DNA of 50,382 nt from Candidatus Hermodarchaeota archaeon (lineage in GTDB: Archaea; Asgardarchaeota; Hermodarchaeia; Hermodarchaeales; Hermodarchaeaceae). The stretch lies in contig JAEOTO010000005.1 in assembly GCA_016839805.1 (NCBI GenBank), positions 1-50,382 on the forward strand. The letters are read 5' to 3'. Position 1 is the first letter of the stretch. Each line of letters begins with the position of its first letter. Shown in pieces: positions 10,128-19,671 of this stretch. The notes beneath the pieces were generated by a model. It was not told the DNA's origin. It worked only from the letters and a program-made list of their open reading frames with translations, and searched no databases. The translations under genes were made by a program, and so were the position numbers.

Positions 10128-10943
10128 ATGAAGCATACAGATAATTATCTGATGGAAATGTCACCTAATTCAGATCTTTTTTCGATTATGCATGAGCGCC
10201 GTTCAATGCGTCAATTTTTAGACAAACCTGTCCCGGATGACATGCTTGAAAAAATATTGACTGCTGGGTTTCGGGCACCTTTTGCTGCGCAATTGTGCAG
10301 TATCGTGTATACCAGGGATTCAAAAAAGATTGAAACATTACGACAGTTGGGAGCGTATCCAACGACAAAAGTGCTGATGTTCTTCTTGGTGGATCTTCGA
10401 CGATTAGAGAAAATTATGAAGCAACGTGGGCACACCTATGACTTTGATGACTCCTATGCCTTATGGCTTGGGCTTGAGGATGCGAGTCTTGTCGCGGAGA
10501 ACGTGATTCTGGCCGCTGAAGCCATGGAACTTGGTTCTGTGCTCTTAGGTGCAGTCCCCTATTTTGTTGAACTCCTCGCTGAGATGTTCAAATTACCAAA
10601 GCGAGTTTTTCCTGTCGTGGGATTGTGTCTGGGATATCCAGATCCTGATGAACATACCGAGATTCGTCCACGGTTTCCTCTCCAGTATAGCGCTTATCAA
10701 GACGAATATCTTGACCATTCAACCGCAGACATTGAAGCCTGTATGAAAGTAATGGATGAAGGATATCTTACTCAAAACTATTACGTTGAGCGGAATGCAA
10801 AGATTCCATTACAGAAAGGAAAAGATGACATCGACTATGAAAACTACTCATGGTGTGAACATATTTCCCGAAAATTCTGTCAAGGTGGTTGGGCTAAATA
10901 TCCATTCCTTGAGATGTTACGTCTCCAAGATTTCGACATCTAG
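10128..10943 (+). CDS. Nitroreductase family (NfsA/Frp-like) flavin oxidoreductase
   Basis: RRSMRQF, AENVILAAEAMELGSVLLG, GLCLGYPD..RPR. Confidence 0.85.
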   Translation: MKHTDNYLMEMSPNSDLFSIMHERRSMRQFLDKPVPDDMLEKILTAGFRAPFAAQLCSIVYTRDSKKIETLRQLGAYPTTKVLMFFLVDLRRLEKIMKQRGHTYDFDDSYALWLGLEDASLVAENVILAAEAMELGSVLLGAVPYFVELLAEMFKLPKRVFPVVGLCLGYPDPDEHTEIRPRFPLQYSAYQDEYLDHSTADIEACMKVMDEGYLTQNYYVERNAKIPLQKGKDDIDYENYSWCEHISRKFCQGGWAKYPFLEMLRLQDFDI

Positions 10944-10951
10944 CGATCCTG

Positions 10952-11578
10952 TCAGGGAACGCCAGAGCCGGAGAGAATAGGAAATTGGTCCATCTGGGCC
11001 TTCAGGTCCTCAAGCTTGTTGAGTAATTCTTGATGCATCGCCGTGATACTCATTATCACTGTACCATCAAGGCTTTGTTTTTCAGCCAACATACCAGCTT
11101 CTTGCTGTAATCGTCCAGCCACGGCAATCATATCTGCAAGTCGTTGAATCATGCTTTTCATCAAGGTGTCTGTGTCGCTGATAACGACTCGATCGGATCG
11201 GAAGATGGCTCTCACTTCGAAGGCGTTGAAGCTGAGAGGTTTATCTTTGTATTCATCGATTACCTCAGGGGTATACGATTGCAAAAAAAGCGAACTTAAC
11301 CGATCAAGGGCATGGTTGAGTTCGAATTCATCATGATCATTAGAAGCGAGTATTGCAAAGATGATATTCTCAAAGACATTGAACGCCATCTTCGTCTGAA
11401 GCAATCGTAACCGTTCTAATGCACCAGCACTACGTAGAACTCGGACAATAGTGACAGCTAGTTTCGAAAAGACCGTTGCATCCATTCCCATATCCGCAAG
11501 TTTACTCTTACTACCAGGAACCAAATGAAACAAAGGCGCTTCAGTTTGCCGGTGAACAATTAAGACATCATGAATCAT
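10952..11578 (-). CDS. Hypothetical protein with longin-like N-terminal domain and coiled-coil C-terminus
   Basis: N-terminal beta pattern MIHDVLIVH...PLFH and IIFAILA...LDRLSSLFLQSY resemble longin/sigma-adaptin folds (pattern recognition only). Confidence 0.5.
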   Translation of the reverse strand: MIHDVLIVHRQTEAPLFHLVPGSKSKLADMGMDATVFSKLAVTIVRVLRSAGALERLRLLQTKMAFNVFENIIFAILASNDHDEFELNHALDRLSSLFLQSYTPEVIDEYKDKPLSFNAFEVRAIFRSDRVVISDTDTLMKSMIQRLADMIAVAGRLQQEAGMLAEKQSLDGTVIMSITAMHQELLNKLEDLKAQMDQFPILSGSGVP

Positions 11579-11712
11579 CTAAGCCACAACCATCCTCAGG
11601 AGTAGATGAGTGGAGAACCTCAATTTGTGAGTCTCTTAGATGATTTGGAACCCATTTCCTCTTAAATCGATTGCCCCAAAGTCAAGAAAATGGTGTGAGT
11701 TGCAGATACCAA

Positions 11713-12030
11713 TCATAGCTCCGCTTGCACACGTCGCACATAGTCGTGGTATTTCCGGTTGGCCATCGGTCGCGTATGGCTGGCGGCTGTGGCGAGAGCT
11801 AGACGCAGACGTTGCACCTCCTGGTAAAGCCCCAGAATCATGGACATGAAGATTGCCTCGGAGGGGCAAGGACGGGCCCCAGCACTGGCCGCATCGGCGT
11901 AGGTTCGCGCGTAGACGAAGAGGCTGTCAAATGCCGGTTGATCATCCGCACGCAGGGCTGTACGGTAGAGCCCCCAACGGCGCCGTTCCTTCTCAAGCTG
12001 CAGACGATAAGTTGGTACAGTACGTCCCAC
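11713..12030 (-). CDS. Small alpha-helical PolB2-associated protein (arCOG07300-like)
   Basis: (M)GRTVPTYR...W..YRTALR..D...FD.LF..AR.Y..AAS...RP...EAIFMSMIL signature; GTG start at 12030. Confidence 0.75.
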   Translation of the reverse strand: MGRTVPTYRLQLEKERRRWGLYRTALRADDQPAFDSLFVYARTYADAASAGARPCPSEAIFMSMILGLYQEVQRLRLALATAASHTRPMANRKYHDYVRRVQAEL

Positions 12031-12063
12031 ACGGTTCACCGCTAGTTCAACCGGCGATGACCG

Positions 12064-12130
12064 CTAAAAAGGACCCAAGCCTACGCGCAAGAAATTCCGT
12101 TTCCACACCATGAGACTGGCAGTTTCTTGC
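12064..12130 (-). promoter_or_regulatory. Promoter of the PolB2-partner gene with shared motif and 10-bp inverted repeat
   Basis: Minus strand GGAATTTCTTGC-GCGTAG-GCTT-GGGT-CC-TTTTTAG; inverted pair GCAAGAAATT (12087-12096) / AGTTTCTTGC (12121-12130). Confidence 0.5.
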
Positions 12131-12422
12131 ATGCTCTTGTAATAGAATCTATTTGACCGTAATTAGCAGGTGTTGGAGTAGGTTCTCTTAGGGGGCTTTC
12201 AACGTATCAAAGATCGTTTTCACAAGTTGGATATCCGGCATAGAGGACTTGAAGCCCCTCGATACAGCTGTCCCTGAAGATTGTGATGCCTTTCAATTTT
12301 ATTTCTTCCGCTAACAAGAAGAGTGAGCGTTTTATTCACTAAGGATGAGTCTACAAAAATGAGTGGGCTTTTTATCCAAGAGAAGAAGCGTATTTTTTGC
12401 AGAGGCGATTGCACCCTTAAGG

Positions 12423-13553
12423 CTAGTCAGCGGCGGCTCCGCCAAGGATGATTTCTTGGATGCGGGGAGCAAAAAGATCATCTTTGACAGGAAGGATTAT
12501 CGTATCTTTATGTAGGACATGAAGTGTGAGAGTGTCTCCCCTTTTGAGCTTCGATTCAGCATCGAGTTCAGCCTGAACGCGTTGGGTTCCACCAACATCT
12601 GCATAGACTTGGTTGTATCGACCTGTAAAGACGACACTAGAAATCTTAGTAGGAATATCATTATGAGGACTGCTAGGTGTTTGAACCTTGAAATCCTCAG
12701 GACGTATGGCACAAAATACTTCATCTCCTTTGTTAAAGGTGACATCAGTACGTGTACAGCGTCCTTCAAGTGGTAGGCCCCAAGGTGTTTTAATGGAGAT
12801 TGCCCCACCATCAACAGAGATAATTGAACCTGGAATGAAAGTACAAGAGCCGATAAAGTCAGCAACAAAGAGATTATGGGGATCAGAGTAGATATCTCGA
12901 GGATTGTCCACCTGCATAACGCGACCCAGGTTGATTACAGCAACACGATCTGAAATGCTAAGAGCTTCCTCTTGATCGTGAGTCACATAAACAGTAGTGG
13001 TACCAAATTCCTTTTGGATCCGGATTAGTTCATGTCGCATTTCGACCCGCAGTTTTGCATCTAGATTGCTTAAGGGTTCATCAAGCAGGAGTACTTTAGG
13101 ATTAATTACTAGAGCCCGTGCAAGGGCGACTCGTTGTTGTTGTCCACCACTAAGTTGGTATGGGGTTCGTTCTCCAAACCCCCCCAACCTTACAGCTTCG
13201 AGAACAGCCTCCACGCGTTTTCGTACCTCTGCTGAAGGAACCTTGCGGATTTCTAGGCCAAAAGCTACATTATCAAAGACCTTCATGTGAGGCCAAATGG
13301 CATAGTTCTGAAAGACCATTCCGGTATCACGTTTATGAGGTGGCAATTTTGTAATATCTTCTTCATCAAAGAAAATTTGACCATGATCAGGATGGTAGAA
13401 GCCAGCAATTACACGAAGAAGGGTAGTTTTGCCACACCCTGAAGGCCCTAAGAGGGTAAACAGTTCACCCTCTTCAATATCAATGCTGATTTCATCAACC
13501 GCCATCACTTCACCAAAAGTCTTTGTAACCTCATTTATGCTAATACTAACCAT
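12423..13553 (-). CDS. ABC transporter ATP-binding subunit (FbpC/AfuC/PotA-like) with TOBE domain
   Basis: GPSGCGKT, LSGGQQQR, LLLDEP, VTHDQEEA. Confidence 0.93.
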   Translation of the reverse strand: MVSISINEVTKTFGEVMAVDEISIDIEEGELFTLLGPSGCGKTTLLRVIAGFYHPDHGQIFFDEEDITKLPPHKRDTGMVFQNYAIWPHMKVFDNVAFGLEIRKVPSAEVRKRVEAVLEAVRLGGFGERTPYQLSGGQQQRVALARALVINPKVLLLDEPLSNLDAKLRVEMRHELIRIQKEFGTTTVYVTHDQEEALSISDRVAVINLGRVMQVDNPRDIYSDPHNLFVADFIGSCTFIPGSIISVDGGAISIKTPWGLPLEGRCTRTDVTFNKGDEVFCAIRPEDFKVQTPSSPHNDIPTKISSVVFTGRYNQVYADVGGTQRVQAELDAESKLKRGDTLTLHVLHKDTIILPVKDDLFAPRIQEIILGGAAAD

Positions 13554-13664
13554 AGCTTATACCTCATTGTTCTGTTTTTTTGAATCCCGTCTAGCATTGT
13601 TGATTCTACTTGTTATTCTTTCCAATTTTTTGTTTCACATCCTCTATTCATCAACTCCAAAGTA

Positions 13665-15710
13665 TTAGAGTCCTATTAAGGCTGATGAGCGTCTTTTCGT
13701 TATTACATTAGTTGTTGCCATTACCATGATTTGCAGAATCATCAAAAATATTCCCATTACTGCTGCTAAGGACGGTCCCATCGCTAGAGAATTGTAAATT
13801 ACATACATTTTCCAGGTCATTGGACCATATTCTGCAGCGATGTCACCTAATACTAAGCTGGTACTAACTTCAGACATACAGTACACAAAAGACATCATTG
13901 CACCTGCTAGTACACTTATTCCAATTAATGGAATTACGATTTTTCTAAATACCCGAAATCGGCTTGCTCCTAGATTCGACGCAGCTTCTTCTAGTTCCAC
14001 ATGTGTTTGTTGAAGGCCAGCAAAAGTTGATCGAACGGTAAATGGCATCTTACGAACCGCGTAAGACATGGTGATAAGCACAGCAGGAGCTCCTATGATC
14101 AACGGACTTAAGAATTGGCTGAATAAGGGATCTCTTGAGAAGAATAGCAGGTAGCCAATGGCAATAACTATTCCTGGTAGGGCAATCGGAATAGTGACTA
14201 GTAAATCAAGCAAGCCCTTCCCAGGGATGTTTTTTCTAGCAACTATATATGCCGCACTTGTCCCAATTAATATGATGATAAAAGCTGCTATTCCAGAATA
14301 GACCAGACTATTTATAATGGACCCCAAAATGTCAGGGTCGATAAAAACGATGCCAAAGTTCGCTAAGGTAAAATGAGAGGGAAGAACTGTACGTCCCCAA
14401 GACCCGGGAGCGGCAAAGGCTAATAGGATGATGCCGGCGTGTGGTATAAATGCAATGGTCAAAATACCAATAATGAACCCATAGAAAATAATGTAATGGA
14501 ACCATTTCGAAGGACTGAGTCGAGGATTCCAAGTCCCTCCTTTGCTGAGCATAGCATAATGGCGAAGGGACATATATCTGCGGATAAAGAAGAAACCTAC
14601 CATAGCAATAACAAGCAGGATGACACCCATTGCCGTGGCAACTCCTTGTACATTACCAGTAGGCGCAATGATATTCGTGAAGATAGCATATGTAAGTGTT
14701 TTTCTGACTTGGGGTGAGCCTGAGTAGACAACGAGAGTACCCAAATCTTCAACACTCAAAATAAAGGTCAAGATTGCACCAGCTTCGATACCTGGTAGCG
14801 CTAGAGGTAGGGTGACCTTTCGGAATAAGCCAAAGCCTTTAGCCCCTAGGTTTTCAGCAGATTCCTCGAGCGTTGGATCGATATTAAGAAAAGCGGAATA
14901 AGCTGAAAGGTAGGTGAGTGAAAAGAAATGTAACGTTTGCACAAAAATAACTGCGGCAAATCCTTCAAGGACAAACCGAGTAGGCCAAATACCGAGAGTC
15001 TCATGAAATAATAGATTAAAGGATCCATCTACGCTTAGGAACCGTTTGATACCAATGGCTCCAACAAAGGGGATAACAAGAAGGGGAACTAATAGAAGTG
15101 TTCGGAGAACTGTTTTACCACGAAAATCGTACCGAGCCATGATGAAAGCTAGGGAGACGCCAATAAGCGTAGAAAAAAGTGTAGTTAGCAGCCCCACGTA
15201 AATCGAATTTAATATTATGCCCATATCCACACCTTGAACCAATAACACAAGCCCATCCGGATCAAAAATAATCGGTTGCTCTTTAACATCTAAAATTAAA
15301 CCGATGGGGTGTTGATGAAAGATAGAGGAGTCTAAATGCTGAAAGATATAGAGGGGAAAATAGGTCTTATCCTCAAAGAAGATATAATTGAACCAGAACA
15401 GCGACCATTGTCCATCAACTTGGAATGCTGTAACCATTACTTGAAAAATCGGTAGAATAAGAAATAACAAAAAGAGTACCAGCACGGAAATGAGTTGGAT
15501 ACCTGTGAATAAATCCATCTCTCGATACAACTGATAAGCCTGACTTGAAAAATAGCTCTTCGTTCTAGAAGCACGTAATTTTATCGCAACACCTATCCCA
15601 AGAACTTCTTCCAGGGTTGTTTTCTTGCGTTTTTCTTCATTTTGGTTTGAGTTTTGTTTCTCATCAGCCTGATTTGACTTCGATGCTGAAGTTGCTTCCG
15701 AGCGGGTCAT
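13665..15710 (-). CDS. ABC transporter permease (FbpB/AfuB-like, two fused permease domains)
   Basis: Two EAA loops (LEESAENLGA, LEEAASNLGA); about 12 TM segments. Confidence 0.9.
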   Translation of the reverse strand: MTRSEATSASKSNQADEKQNSNQNEEKRKKTTLEEVLGIGVAIKLRASRTKSYFSSQAYQLYREMDLFTGIQLISVLVLFLLFLILPIFQVMVTAFQVDGQWSLFWFNYIFFEDKTYFPLYIFQHLDSSIFHQHPIGLILDVKEQPIIFDPDGLVLLVQGVDMGIILNSIYVGLLTTLFSTLIGVSLAFIMARYDFRGKTVLRTLLLVPLLVIPFVGAIGIKRFLSVDGSFNLLFHETLGIWPTRFVLEGFAAVIFVQTLHFFSLTYLSAYSAFLNIDPTLEESAENLGAKGFGLFRKVTLPLALPGIEAGAILTFILSVEDLGTLVVYSGSPQVRKTLTYAIFTNIIAPTGNVQGVATAMGVILLVIAMVGFFFIRRYMSLRHYAMLSKGGTWNPRLSPSKWFHYIIFYGFIIGILTIAFIPHAGIILLAFAAPGSWGRTVLPSHFTLANFGIVFIDPDILGSIINSLVYSGIAAFIIILIGTSAAYIVARKNIPGKGLLDLLVTIPIALPGIVIAIGYLLFFSRDPLFSQFLSPLIIGAPAVLITMSYAVRKMPFTVRSTFAGLQQTHVELEEAASNLGASRFRVFRKIVIPLIGISVLAGAMMSFVYCMSEVSTSLVLGDIAAEYGPMTWKMYVIYNSLAMGPSLAAVMGIFLMILQIMVMATTNVITKRRSSALIGL

Positions 15711-15824
15711 GAAGAGACACCACCAATAGACTCGTTTCTTCGTTGAATATCTTCGATATTAAGATACTCTCTTTACCTAACTTCCCTTAAAATTATCCGT
15801 ATCATAGAAACAGTCCTTTAAAAA

Positions 15825-15868
15825 GGAAAGAAAGTGATGCATGAAATGTTGGTAATGTATGCACCACT
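15825..15868 (-). terminator. Putative hairpin plus U-tract after the substrate-binding protein gene
   Basis: AGTGATGCAT...ATGCACCACT imperfect stem followed on the minus strand by TTTCTTTCCTTTT. Confidence 0.4.
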
Positions 15869-15876
15869 GTCTTAGT

Positions 15877-17259
15877 TTAAGGAGGAATTAAGGCTTCAAC
15901 CGCATTGTATTGGGCAATTGCAGCTGCAGTCCAATCAGATTGCATTAGAGCTCGGAATGAATCGCTGGATCCCATCTGATCATTAATCGATATCGCATAT
16001 GCTTCAGTGAATGTTTCCGTATCCCAAGTCACTGGTGCCGCCATTTGAGCAGCATAATTCCCGAACTCTACTTCATTAATGAGCATGTTGCGATAAGCGC
16101 TCACCAACTTGGACCAACAACTTTGAAGATCGCTTTGGGCATTTGTGAGAACTGCTTCAAAATAGTACATGAGTGAATACTCATAGGATAATGCTAAGGG
16201 ATCAGAGAAATCGATACCAATGTTGTCCACAGAGTTGTTGTAGAAAAGGTATAGGTCATCACGTGTCTGACCTACAGCTGTTTGAAAGGCTTCCTCAAGT
16301 ATAGGCAGTCGGTTAATAGCTTCATCTAACCAAGTGCTTTGGCCTTCTGGAGTCAAGATATAGTCAATGAAGGCTTCCCCAGCCTCTTTGTTGGGTGCTG
16401 TTGTACAAAGTGCGATTGGATCAGGATTAATAATGGATCCATTTACTGGGATACGATATTCACAGTCAGGATTACGAAGTGCAGTTGAAAATCCATAAAA
16501 ATCGATTGACATGGCGACGCCGGTGACCCCGGTTTCTACTTGTGATTGCGTTTCTGTAGACCCAAGTTCTATCCTAGAGTTGCCTGCCATTCGAGTAAGA
16601 ACCTCCCAACCTTTAACCCATCCAAATTTCTGTAGAATAATCTCGTAGATTCGAGTATTGCTCGTTGTACCTGGGGAGTTACCCATGGCTATGGTTGGTG
16701 TTGTTGGAAGAAATTGACCAAACTCGTCACTCGTTAGGTTTTCCCAATGAGTTGGGAAGGGTAGTCCCCTTGTTTGAAGCCAAGGTTTGTTTATGGTGAA
16801 GCCAAAAGAGCTAATTGCGGACCCGACCCAAATATACTCATCTTCAGCATTCTTTCCTTTTGCGTCTACTCCAGCAATAGTGTCATTGACACGGGCTATT
16901 GCGGCAAGTATTTTGGTGCTATTGAGTACTGCGAGGAGTCCCTGATCATAAAGTTGATTGAAAAGTGTTGGTCCCCCGCCAAAGGCGACATCAGGTTGAA
17001 ATGTTGGAATCACCTGGGGCCAAAACATCATGTTGGGTTGAGTCCATGCAATACTGGTAATACTGTTATTTGTGGCATATTCTGAAGCGAGAAATGCTTG
17101 CTCGATTTTCAATTGTAATGTAGGATCGTGTCGAGTGATAACTCTGAGTTCAACGCCGGGTTGAATCGGAGTCTTTGGAACAAACAACCACCATACTGTA
17201 ACTGCTGACACACTAATGATCACAATCAATGCTAATGCATACCATTTCGTTCGGCTCAT
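15877..17259 (-). CDS. ABC transporter substrate-binding protein (Fe3+/AfuA-like), N-terminal membrane anchor
   Basis: AFGGGPTLF, SSFGFTIN, SSNTRIYEIILQ-type segment, INPDPIA, FIDYILTPEGQ; first gene of the ABC operon. Confidence 0.85.
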   Translation of the reverse strand: MSRTKWYALALIVIISVSAVTVWWLFVPKTPIQPGVELRVITRHDPTLQLKIEQAFLASEYATNNSITSIAWTQPNMMFWPQVIPTFQPDVAFGGGPTLFNQLYDQGLLAVLNSTKILAAIARVNDTIAGVDAKGKNAEDEYIWVGSAISSFGFTINKPWLQTRGLPFPTHWENLTSDEFGQFLPTTPTIAMGNSPGTTSNTRIYEIILQKFGWVKGWEVLTRMAGNSRIELGSTETQSQVETGVTGVAMSIDFYGFSTALRNPDCEYRIPVNGSIINPDPIALCTTAPNKEAGEAFIDYILTPEGQSTWLDEAINRLPILEEAFQTAVGQTRDDLYLFYNNSVDNIGIDFSDPLALSYEYSLMYYFEAVLTNAQSDLQSCWSKLVSAYRNMLINEVEFGNYAAQMAAPVTWDTETFTEAYAISINDQMGSSDSFRALMQSDWTAAAIAQYNAVEALIPP

Positions 17260-17337
17260 TTCCTTTGACACTCTCTCAAGTGATGATTTATGATGCTGCT
17301 TTGTCAACTATCTGCGTAGCAGCAAACTAACCAAAGC

Positions 17338-17355
17338 AAAGGTTAGCTAACCTTT
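17338..17355. promoter_or_regulatory. Perfect 18-bp palindrome, putative DtxR/MntR-family operator
   Basis: AAAGGTTAGCTAACCTTT about 80 nt upstream of the SBP start; resembles the DtxR/IdeR box TTAGGTTAGSCTAACCTAA without the central base. Confidence 0.55.
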
Positions 17356-17507
17356 TAGCCTTTCTGGTTATTTAGTCAGTCAAGCTAAGAGTAGGCTTTC
17401 AAATTAATATCTTCGAGATAGTCAAAGTGGAGCTGAATGCTTGATTTTCCTCTCGATTGCTGCAGCGAAATCTACCCTATTCCAGAAATTGACGCTGAAT
17501 ACGGTTG

Positions 17508-19394
17508 CTAAGAGGGAGAACGACGGCGATACCAAAAGACGATGGCCACTACAACGACTATAACAACTACAACCCCTGCTCCACCAAGAATTATCAGAGG
17601 GTTAATCGGCGGAGGAGTAACCCCATTTATCGCTAATGGAATTGAGTACACATCACTCGTTGTGGTTTGATCTGAATAATCAGTAGCAGAAACTCTGAAA
17701 CGTATCGATGCGGCTTCCTGTCGCAATAGCACGTACATGTATCGACCATCACTAAATAGAGACATTCCATAAGACAAAAAGGGCCCATCGTTGAGAGAAA
17801 TTTCAATTCGAGTACTAACGATACCGCTAATAGGATTCGTCCAATTCGCATAGATATAATAAATTTCGCCAGGAACAAACGAGTCAGGATACTCTACCCC
17901 AACCAGCGTGGGTGGCTGGGCATTGCTGGGATAGAGGCGAAATGTTTTCCTCTCATCCACAGCCAAATCGACGAGGAAACGAACCAACCATGCATCAGTA
18001 CCATTGATTGTTTCAACAACAGGGGCACCAATGGCATGATAGACAGTTCCCCCGCTTAATGGTTTTACAAGAAAGTCCACAATTTGACCAATAAGGGGTT
18101 CATCCTGTTTATTCGTGAGGGTCCCAAAACCACCAACATCGACATCGTGGAAATTCCACGGGTACCGATCACCATACACTAAGTTATACGGCGTCGACCA
18201 ACATTCTGAAACCGTCCAATTCCACTTGACGGGAACATAGTTTTCAAACTCAATAACTCGAAATCCCCACTCATGATGCCCAGGATCATCGGGATCAGTC
18301 CAAACACCACCTCCGCAAGCAGTAGTTAAAATCCATAAAGTATCATTGACCCAGTCTACCCGATCGTTATGTAAATGCCCTGTCAAAACTACATCTACAT
18401 CGTAAGTATCGCAAATACGTATAAGTTCGATCGCTTCATCTTCGTCTAAATAGAAATTGTCACCTTCAACATAATAGAGGGGGTGATGGAAACCAAGGAT
18501 TTTCAGTTGAGCGGTACTCGCTGCCATATCACGTTCAATCCACCCGATTTGTGTGAAATTGAGAATCCCAGAGGCTCCGGAATTCGCTAACACTAAAAAG
18601 ACATCTGGACCAAAATTTGCTGTATAGTAATCCGGACCAAAAAACGAAGAATAAGTATTGTAGGTGTTCCCTCCCGTTTCATCTTTATCATGGTTGCCAG
18701 GACATACGAATGTTGGCACCCGGCTCTGCCTTAAGACCTGAATGAAACTATTTAACGTACTACTCATTCCATCTTCGGTTAAATCGCCAGTGATTACGAC
18801 GAGATCTGCATTTACCATTGCCGCTCGATACAATGCAGCCAAGAATACTTCAGCTTGCCGAGGCGAGGTAAGGACTAAATGGGTGTCTGTGATGTGGAAG
18901 AGTGTGAAATTCGCAGGATACGCGTAACGGACTTGAACAGCATTCCATTCGATAAGTTCTTGGTTGTTTACTCCATCAGTGAGGCCAATTTGTAAGTCAT
19001 AAAGATCGCGTTCAGCAGAAGTGGGAATTGTAACATTGATTTGCCATTCACTCGTAGTACTGTTCCACAAGGGCGTATCGTAGGTGAGGCTATATGAACG
19101 ATATTCACGATATAATGAAAAACTCCAACCCAAAGCGGTAATATTACTGGGTCCTTGAACATGTACCTCAAAAATCGAACCGTTCAGCATAATTGCCGGA
19201 TGGCTAATAAGAGGCCACTTAATCTTCGCAACTAATCCTTGAGGCTTGGCACTAATATTTACTGAGGTCCAATGATCTTGGGCAAGTTGTGCATTAAAAA
19301 CGGGTGTCTGACTCGGCAACATCAAGACTGAAAAAAGTAGTAGGAGAAAAACTAGGTATGTTTCAGTTTTACTTGAAGACAACCAAGACCTCAT
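17508..19394 (-). CDS. Extracellular calcineurin-like metallophosphoesterase, C-terminally membrane-anchored
   Basis: DTH, TGD, GNHD, HHP and GHLH motifs; signal peptide; C-terminal TM plus RRR. Confidence 0.88.
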   Translation of the reverse strand: MRSWLSSSKTETYLVFLLLLFSVLMLPSQTPVFNAQLAQDHWTSVNISAKPQGLVAKIKWPLISHPAIMLNGSIFEVHVQGPSNITALGWSFSLYREYRSYSLTYDTPLWNSTTSEWQINVTIPTSAERDLYDLQIGLTDGVNNQELIEWNAVQVRYAYPANFTLFHITDTHLVLTSPRQAEVFLAALYRAAMVNADLVVITGDLTEDGMSSTLNSFIQVLRQSRVPTFVCPGNHDKDETGGNTYNTYSSFFGPDYYTANFGPDVFLVLANSGASGILNFTQIGWIERDMAASTAQLKILGFHHPLYYVEGDNFYLDEDEAIELIRICDTYDVDVVLTGHLHNDRVDWVNDTLWILTTACGGGVWTDPDDPGHHEWGFRVIEFENYVPVKWNWTVSECWSTPYNLVYGDRYPWNFHDVDVGGFGTLTNKQDEPLIGQIVDFLVKPLSGGTVYHAIGAPVVETINGTDAWLVRFLVDLAVDERKTFRLYPSNAQPPTLVGVEYPDSFVPGEIYYIYANWTNPISGIVSTRIEISLNDGPFLSYGMSLFSDGRYMYVLLRQEAASIRFRVSATDYSDQTTTSDVYSIPLAINGVTPPPINPLIILGGAGVVVVIVVVVAIVFWYRRRSPS

Positions 19395-19671
19395 GAAAAC
19401 ACAACCTGAAGAAACCAAATATCTTACCTCCTATTAATCCTTTATCAAATGTCAAGAAAATGAGAATTATAAGCTTCATATATCCATTAAAGAATTCGAG
19501 TCGCGTAGAAGAATAGATTATCGAGAAAAAAAATAGAACAATTATCCATAGATTCAGAAATTCACTGAAAAAACAGCTCTTGAAATTAGAAGCCTTTTCT
19601 AATAGGAGCAAGCCTTTAAAGGATAAACGTTGTAGAAACACCAAACCCATTTACGGGTGTACACCTAAGGG

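Noticed and set aside
1740-12130. Mobile element bounded by the two GC-rich PolB2-module genes (casposon/pipolin-like)
   Set aside because: No integrase, Cas1 or transposase and no terminal repeats seen. The polymerase is PolB2-type and the intervening genes look like ordinary chromosomal genes.
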